Positions 58,842 to 64,000 of a DNA stretch of 64,000 nt are shown in pieces (position 1 is the first letter of the stretch; every line of letters begins with the position of its first letter). The notes under the pieces are model-generated. The model did no database searches and was not told the origin of the DNA. It worked only from the letters and a program-made list of their open reading frames with translations. The stretch is taken from positions 375 to 64,374 of the forward strand of contig JAVBLF010000084.1 of the NCBI GenBank assembly GCA_031553675.1, in the 5' to 3' direction. The DNA is from Eubacteriales bacterium (GTDB taxonomy: Bacteria; Bacillota; Clostridia; Christensenellales; CALWSW01). The position numbers and the translations under genes are program-made.

Positions 58842-60131
58842 ATGCTCCGACTCAGCCCCTACGAAGAAGCCATGCGAAACGGTGACATGGGCGCGTTCAA
58901 ACAAAAGGCGATGGAATTTATCATCCGCTACGGTGAAGTGCTGGGCGCGGAGGAACTCTGCGAAGTGTCCCGCGCGACGCTCTTCATCGGCGCACAGCAC
59001 TACCTCGACTGCTATGGTGCGGACGTCGATTACGAATCGATCTTTTCGGAGTTTTACCTTTGTAGCGACGAACGCCTCGCGTTCGGGGCGGTTGCCGACA
59101 CGTGCAGCGCGCAAACCTGCGCGGCCGCCTGCGATTATTTCGAGTGCGAGCGTACCCATCAATCGCCCGGGCGCTGGGAACGAAACCGCGCCTTTTTAGA
59201 GAAAACCAAGGCGGCGGGCGTCAAGATCGTCGATTCGTGCACGCCCTATTACGTCGGTTGGGTTCCGCTTTTCGGCGAGCACTTCGTGACGACCGAATCG
59301 AGCAACGTCGTGATCAGCAATTCCGTCTTCGGCGCGCGGGGCAATTCCGACGGCGTCGAAGCCGCCGTATGCGCTGCGATCACCGGCCGCATTCCCAAAT
59401 GGGGCATGCACGACGAAAAGAACCGCTTCGGCACCTGCCTCTTCCACGTCGAGTGTCGGGATGAAAGCATGTTGGATTGGGATGTGCTAGGTTTCACGAT
59501 GGGGCGACTCATGCCGAAGCATCAGGTGCCCGTGATCTCGAAGCGCCTGCCCCATCCCGACATCCACAAATTGCGCCAGCTTTGCGCGTCGCTGTCGGTC
59601 ACGAGCGCTGCCGAGATTTGCCACATCGTCGGCCTGACGCCCGAAGCCCTGACGCTCGACATGGCGCTCGGCGGCAAACAGGCTGCCTACGAGATCGTCG
59701 TGACGCAAAAGGATTACGACGAGTCGCTCGCTATGCTCTGCGACAGCGGGGAAGGTGCGGTCGATTTCGTCAGCGTCGGCTGCCCCCACCTGTCGCTCGA
59801 CGAGCTGCGTGCTATCTCGATCTATCTCGAAGGCAAGCGCTTGGCCCCCGGCGTCGAGCTCCAGATCTGGACGGACTACGCCACCCGCGCCATGGCCGAC
59901 GTCAACGGCTATACGCAGGCGATCGAGGCGTCCGGCGCGGCGGTGCTGACGGGCACCTGCCCCATCGTCATGGGCAAGGAAGCGCATCGACACGCCAAGG
60001 CGATGGTCATGTTCGGGGCGAAGCAAGCTTTTGGCATTCGCCACCAGACGAAAGCGCCGGTCTACTACGGCGATGTGTTCCGCTGCATCGATGCCGCCCT
60101 GACGGGGCGATGGGAGGTGGCTTCCACATGA
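58842..60131 (+). CDS. Aconitase X catalytic subunit (DUF521)
   Basis: SCTPY, ESSNV..NSVFGAR.N, HIVGLTPEA, GCPHLS, GTCP. Confidence 0.85.
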   Translation: MLRLSPYEEAMRNGDMGAFKQKAMEFIIRYGEVLGAEELCEVSRATLFIGAQHYLDCYGADVDYESIFSEFYLCSDERLAFGAVADTCSAQTCAAACDYFECERTHQSPGRWERNRAFLEKTKAAGVKIVDSCTPYYVGWVPLFGEHFVTTESSNVVISNSVFGARGNSDGVEAAVCAAITGRIPKWGMHDEKNRFGTCLFHVECRDESMLDWDVLGFTMGRLMPKHQVPVISKRLPHPDIHKLRQLCASLSVTSAAEICHIVGLTPEALTLDMALGGKQAAYEIVVTQKDYDESLAMLCDSGEGAVDFVSVGCPHLSLDELRAISIYLEGKRLAPGVELQIWTDYATRAMADVNGYTQAIEASGAAVLTGTCPIVMGKEAHRHAKAMVMFGAKQAFGIRHQTKAPVYYGDVFRCIDAALTGRWEVAST

Positions 60132-60550
60132 CGTTTACACTGCAAGGCCGCGGCGTATTGCCCGGCATCGCGCGGGGCCGCGCCGTCGTCTGTCCGGACA
60201 GCATCGCGGGCAATTCGGGCGCGTTGGGCGATACTGACGGCGTCATCTACGAAAAGGGCAACGTCAATTACGGCGTCTGCATCCAGGACGCCATACTCGT
60301 CGTTCCCTGCGCGAAGGGTTCGAACGGCTTTTCCGCCCACTTCAAAGGGGCGTTCATCGCGGGGGTTCGTCCCGCCGGATGGGTTTCGACGCGCATGGAC
60401 GCGCGCTTGGGCGTCGCGGTCGCCAGCATGCAGATCCCGACCGTCGCCGATTTCCCCGACGATGATCCCATCGATCGGATCCAGACGGGCGATTGGGTCG
60501 AAATCGACGGCGCAACCGGCATCGTCACCGTGACGCGCGGCGAAGCGTAG
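60128..60550 (+). CDS. Aconitase X swivel subunit (DUF126)
   Basis: GRGVLPGIARG.A, ILVVP.AKGS, IQTGDWVEIDG..G.V. ATGA-coupled. Confidence 0.85.
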   Translation: MTFTLQGRGVLPGIARGRAVVCPDSIAGNSGALGDTDGVIYEKGNVNYGVCIQDAILVVPCAKGSNGFSAHFKGAFIAGVRPAGWVSTRMDARLGVAVASMQIPTVADFPDDDPIDRIQTGDWVEIDGATGIVTVTRGEA

Positions 60551-60596
60551 TGCTCCGCAACGATAAAACCAATATTATCGCACCTGATCGGCACAC

Positions 60597-60628
60597 AAAA
60601 AAAGGACGGCACGCGCCGTCCTTTTTTT
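60597..60628. terminator. Bidirectional terminator
   Basis: AAAAAAAGGACGGC-ACGC-GCCGTCCTTTTTTT. Confidence 0.85.
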
Positions 60629-60638
60629 GTTGCATCGC

Positions 60639-61829
60639 TTATGTCGCGTAATTGTCAAAGTAGCCCTGGATCCAGATCACGGGCGTGCCCTTGTCGCCGC
60701 TGCCGCTCGTGAGGTCGCAGAGCGAGCCCAGCAGGTCACAGAGGCGTCGGGGCGTCGTGCCCATGGATTGCATCGTGTCTTTCAGCGCAGAGCTTTTTTG
60801 GCGAATCCGCGCCTTCATCGCTTCGTCGAGCGCCGCGCCCGAGAGGTCGGACAGCTCGTTGTCGGCGAGGTATTTGAGCTTGATTTCGTGCGGCGTGCCG
60901 AAGAGTCCGTCGGTGTATGCGGGGGAAACGACGGGATCGGCCAGCTCCCAAATGCCGCCGACCGGGTCTTTGAATGCGCCGTCGCCATAGACCATGACCT
61001 CGATCGTTTGGCCGATCGCGGCATAAAGGCGCTGCTGGACGTCGACAATGAATTCATGGCAGTCGCGCGGAAAAAGCTTGATGCTGTCTTCTGTCGCCTT
61101 GTTCGAGCCGAGCAAGCCGTAGTCGGGGTTATAGCCGCTGTCGCCGACGGGTTTCGTGAGAATGTCGGTCAGCGTGATGACGGAACGCGCGCCCGCCGCT
61201 TCCAGAAGTCGTTTGGTGCGCGCGTGGCTGTGGATGTCGGCGCAAATGACGTCTTTGCAGCGCTGGAGGGCAAAGCGGGGGTCGTTTGCCATGCTGATCT
61301 CGACTTCACAGCCCGCTTCCTCGGCAACCTGGCGGTAAAAGGCGATGTAGTCCACGCCGGTAAACGGGTGGAGAACGCTGCCAAAGAGGGCGCGAAAGCG
61401 ATCTTCGCTCAGTACGTCGCTATAGGGGTTGATGCCCTTTTGATCGAGCGCGTCGAGCGATACGAGCTCGTTGCCGACCTCGTCCGAAGGGTAGCTGAGC
61501 ATGAGATGGAGCTTCTTCAATCCCTTGCAAATGCCTTTCAGGCAGACCGAAAAGCGATTGCGGCTCAGGATCGGGAAGACCATCGCCGCTTCGCCGCCGG
61601 GGAATTTGGCCCGAATGTCTTCGGCGATTTGGTCGGTGTTAGCATAGTTACCTTGCGCGCGGGCGACGACGGCCTCCGTCACGCCGATGACGTCGCGTTG
61701 GCCCCATTGAAGGCCCTCCGCTTCGGCGCACTGGAGAAGAGAGTCGACTACGATGTCCGCCAACGGATCGCCCTGGCGGATCACTGGCGTGCGCACACCA
61801 CGCACGACGGTGCCAACGGTATGGGACAT
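60639..61829 (-). CDS. Coenzyme F420-0:gamma-glutamyl ligase (CofE)-like protein
   Basis: GVRTPVIRQGD, VTEAVVARAQGN, YGDGAFKDP, DLTSGSGDKGTP. Confidence 0.8.
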   Translation of the reverse strand: MSHTVGTVVRGVRTPVIRQGDPLADIVVDSLLQCAEAEGLQWGQRDVIGVTEAVVARAQGNYANTDQIAEDIRAKFPGGEAAMVFPILSRNRFSVCLKGICKGLKKLHLMLSYPSDEVGNELVSLDALDQKGINPYSDVLSEDRFRALFGSVLHPFTGVDYIAFYRQVAEEAGCEVEISMANDPRFALQRCKDVICADIHSHARTKRLLEAAGARSVITLTDILTKPVGDSGYNPDYGLLGSNKATEDSIKLFPRDCHEFIVDVQQRLYAAIGQTIEVMVYGDGAFKDPVGGIWELADPVVSPAYTDGLFGTPHEIKLKYLADNELSDLSGAALDEAMKARIRQKSSALKDTMQSMGTTPRRLCDLLGSLCDLTSGSGDKGTPVIWIQGYFDNYAT

Positions 61830-62050
61830 AAAAACGCCTCCGTTTCGCGAAACGCCGCGGTTCTGGCGCTTCGATCCCGTTCGTCCATATCTGCGTTCGG
61901 TTGTGCCAAATTGGCACCTTGTATATTATAGCGGCTCTTTTCGGGCAAGTAAACCTCCAATCCGGATGGGATCGAAAATGGGACAAAAGCCCGCGCGCAT
62001 AATGCGGCACTGTCCGTCAAAAGATAACGTCGATTCGAGGGTGGAGGTGG

Positions 62051-63421
62051 ATGAGCGTGCGCAAGACATGGCAGGCGGCGGCTGCGGCGAGTCTGACGGC
62101 GGCCATCCTCTTTTTGCTGCCTCCTATCGTCGGCGACGCGCAAGTCTATGGCAATCTGCCGATCCGCGTGAAACTCGCGGGGTCGTCGGGTCAATTGCAG
62201 CTGTATTGGAGCGAGGGCGGCGCGTGGACCGAGGGGGCGTCACAGCGGAAGCCCTTGCGCTCCGGAGAGAACGCGCTCACATTCTTTCTTCCCAGGGCTT
62301 CGACGCGCGTCCGGATCGATTTCGAGGGCGATCAAAGCGAGGCCGCTTGGACGCTCACATCTCTGACGCTCGACGCGGCGGGCGCCTCCGCCGATTTGTT
62401 GGACGCCTTCGCCGAGGCGGAGGCGCAGGATCTGCGCTTGCAACCCTCGGGCGACGACGTTCGCGTCGATGCGGTGGGGGGCGATCCGCATGTCGCGCTA
62501 TCCGTCGCCGATGCGATGCGCGCGCTCCAGCTTCCGATCGCGGCGCGGACACGCCTGCTCGATGGGATGGCAAAGGTCGGCGTCGGCATCGCGATCGGGC
62601 TTCTGGTCTTGCTCGGTCCGGCGCTCTGCGAGTGGATCGCCTTGCTCTGGAAGTCGCGAAAGCTCATCTTCGATCTGGCCAAGAACGATTTCAAGGGGCG
62701 TTTTGCGGGTTCGACGCTCGGCGTCGTCTGGGCGTTCGTGCAGCCCGTGATCACGATCGCCGTCTATTGCTTTGTGTTTCAGTTTGGCTTTCGCGCGCAG
62801 CCCGTGTCAAACGGCTTCCCTTACGTGCTCTGGCTGGTGGCGGGGATGGTGCCCTGGCTCTTTTTTGGCGAGGGCTGGTCGGGCGGCGGGAACGCGCTGC
62901 TCGAATACAAATACCTTGTGCAGAAGATGGTCTTCCCGATCGCGACGCTGCCCGCCGTCAAGGTCTTCGCTTCGCTGATGCTGCACGCGATCTTCCTCGG
63001 TTTGACGGCGGTACTGTTTGCCTGCTTCGGCGTGATGCCTTCGATGCGCTGGCTCGAACTGCTGTACTACCTCGTCTGTCTCGTCGCGCTTTTGCTGGGC
63101 TTGGCGGCCTTGAGCGCGGCGATGACACCGCTTTGGCGCGACGCGGGCCAAGTGATCGCGATCCTGACGCAACTGGGTTTTTGGATCACGCCGATCGCCT
63201 GGGAACTCGAAAGTACGGTGCGTTCGCCGGCGCTTCGCCTTTGGTTTCGCGCCAACCCCATGCATTACGTCGTGACGGGCTATCGCGACAGCCTGCTCGG
63301 AGGCGCGTTTTTTTTCCAGCGGCCGGAAAGCGTTTACTTTTGGTGTGTAACGTCGATCGCGATCGCGGGAGGGGCTTGGGTTTTCCGGCGCTTAAAACCG
63401 CATTTCGCCGATGTTCTCTGA
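62051..63421 (+). CDS. Polysaccharide/teichoic-acid ABC exporter permease (Wzm/TagG) with N-terminal extracellular domain
   Basis: LAKNDFK.RFAGS.LG..WAFVQP, G.VPW.FF, FWITPI.W, NPM..., FRRLKPHFADVL. Confidence 0.88.
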   Translation: MSVRKTWQAAAAASLTAAILFLLPPIVGDAQVYGNLPIRVKLAGSSGQLQLYWSEGGAWTEGASQRKPLRSGENALTFFLPRASTRVRIDFEGDQSEAAWTLTSLTLDAAGASADLLDAFAEAEAQDLRLQPSGDDVRVDAVGGDPHVALSVADAMRALQLPIAARTRLLDGMAKVGVGIAIGLLVLLGPALCEWIALLWKSRKLIFDLAKNDFKGRFAGSTLGVVWAFVQPVITIAVYCFVFQFGFRAQPVSNGFPYVLWLVAGMVPWLFFGEGWSGGGNALLEYKYLVQKMVFPIATLPAVKVFASLMLHAIFLGLTAVLFACFGVMPSMRWLELLYYLVCLVALLLGLAALSAAMTPLWRDAGQVIAILTQLGFWITPIAWELESTVRSPALRLWFRANPMHYVVTGYRDSLLGGAFFFQRPESVYFWCVTSIAIAGGAWVFRRLKPHFADVL

Positions 63422-63438
63422 GACAAAACTCGACGAAT

Positions 63439-63490
63439 GGGATTCCAAAGGGGCCTTGTCCCTTTGGTGGGGTTTGGGGTGAAACCCCAA
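63439..63490. repeat. Double-hairpin REP-like intergenic element
   Basis: CCAAAGGG-N7-CCCTTTGG followed by TTGGGGT-GAA-ACCCCAA. Confidence 0.55.
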
Positions 63491-63503
63491 GAAGGGAGTC
63501 CGC

Positions 63504-64000
63504 ATGGACAACGCCGTCGAACTGCGCGACGTGAGCAAGGTGTACCGGCTCTACGACAAGCCCTCGGATCGCATGCGGGAGGCCTTGTTTCGCGGGGAAC
63601 ACCACCGCGATTTCTATGCGCTCAACGGCGTGAGCTTCGCCGTGCCGCACGGACAATGCCTGGGCATCGTCGGGGTGAACGGATCGGGCAAATCGACCCT
63701 GCTCAAGGTAATCACGGGGGTGCTGACGCCGACGTCCGGCTGCGTGCGGGTCGATGGTCGGGTCAGCGCGCTGCTGGAGCTGGGGGCGGGCTTCAACGGC
63801 GAATACAGCGGCTTGGAAAACATCTATCTTAACGGGACGATACTGGGCTTTTCCCGCCCGGAGATCGACGCGCGCATGGACGCGATCTTGGCGTTTGCGG
63901 ACATCGGCGACTTCGTCAAGCAGCCCGTCAAGACCTATTCGAGCGGGATGTTCGTGCGATTGGCCTTTGCCGTAGCAAATACCTTTTATCCGATCGTAGT
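63504..64000 (+). CDS. Polysaccharide ABC exporter ATP-binding protein (Wzt/TagH), 3'-truncated
   Basis: MDNAVELRDVSKVYRLY, GVNGSGKST, LLELGAGF, QPVKTYSSGMFVRLAFAVA. Not in the ORF list because no stop falls inside the window. Confidence 0.92.
   Translation, partial: MDNAVELRDVSKVYRLYDKPSDRMREALFRGEHHRDFYALNGVSFAVPHGQCLGIVGVNGSGKSTLLKVITGVLTPTSGCVRVDGRVSALLELGAGFNGEYSGLENIYLNGTILGFSRPEIDARMDAILAFADIGDFVKQPVKTYSSGMFVRLAFAVANTFYPIV

Overview
GC-rich (visually about 60%) bacterial chromosomal DNA, most likely from an anaerobic Firmicute (Clostridia-like). This rests on a T-box riboswitch, DegV, sigmaA-type promoters and strong SD sites. I see no rRNA, tRNA, CRISPR array, transposase, integrase or phage genes. 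In order, the window holds: partial guaB, an orphan larC, a WG-repeat/SH3 protein, DegV and an HD protein; a sugar-catabolic locus (rhamnulokinase-like kinase, DeoR, two ribose-type ABC cassettes, three UroD-fold enzymes); an M24 hydrolase and a membrane-anchored AraC; two divergent DMT transporters; a yedF/DUF3343/ATPase activator/Cys-desulfurase/double-cubane reductase operon; arr; an acyl-CoA ligase under a Tyr-specific T-box; a Mop-type aldehyde oxidoreductase operon; a hexuronate locus (IclR, eda, kdgK, ABC, LacI, uxaCBA) with three more UroD-fold enzymes; small accessory genes; a split aconitase X; an F420-ligase-like gene; and a wzm/wzt pair that runs off the end. The best candidate for an undescribed system is 22.8-39.1 kb. 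A DMT transporter and the Mop operon, 15 kb apart, share a near-identical promoter/leader motif, and the Mop operon is followed by the Tyr-T-box-controlled CoA ligase. This suggests, as inference only, an aromatic amine/aldehyde to aryl-acetyl-CoA to tyrosine salvage route. The second candidate is the set of six UroD/MtaA-fold paralogs embedded in sugar and uronate catabolic loci, possibly O-methyl-sugar demethylases. All family calls come from motif recognition by eye; no database search was run.
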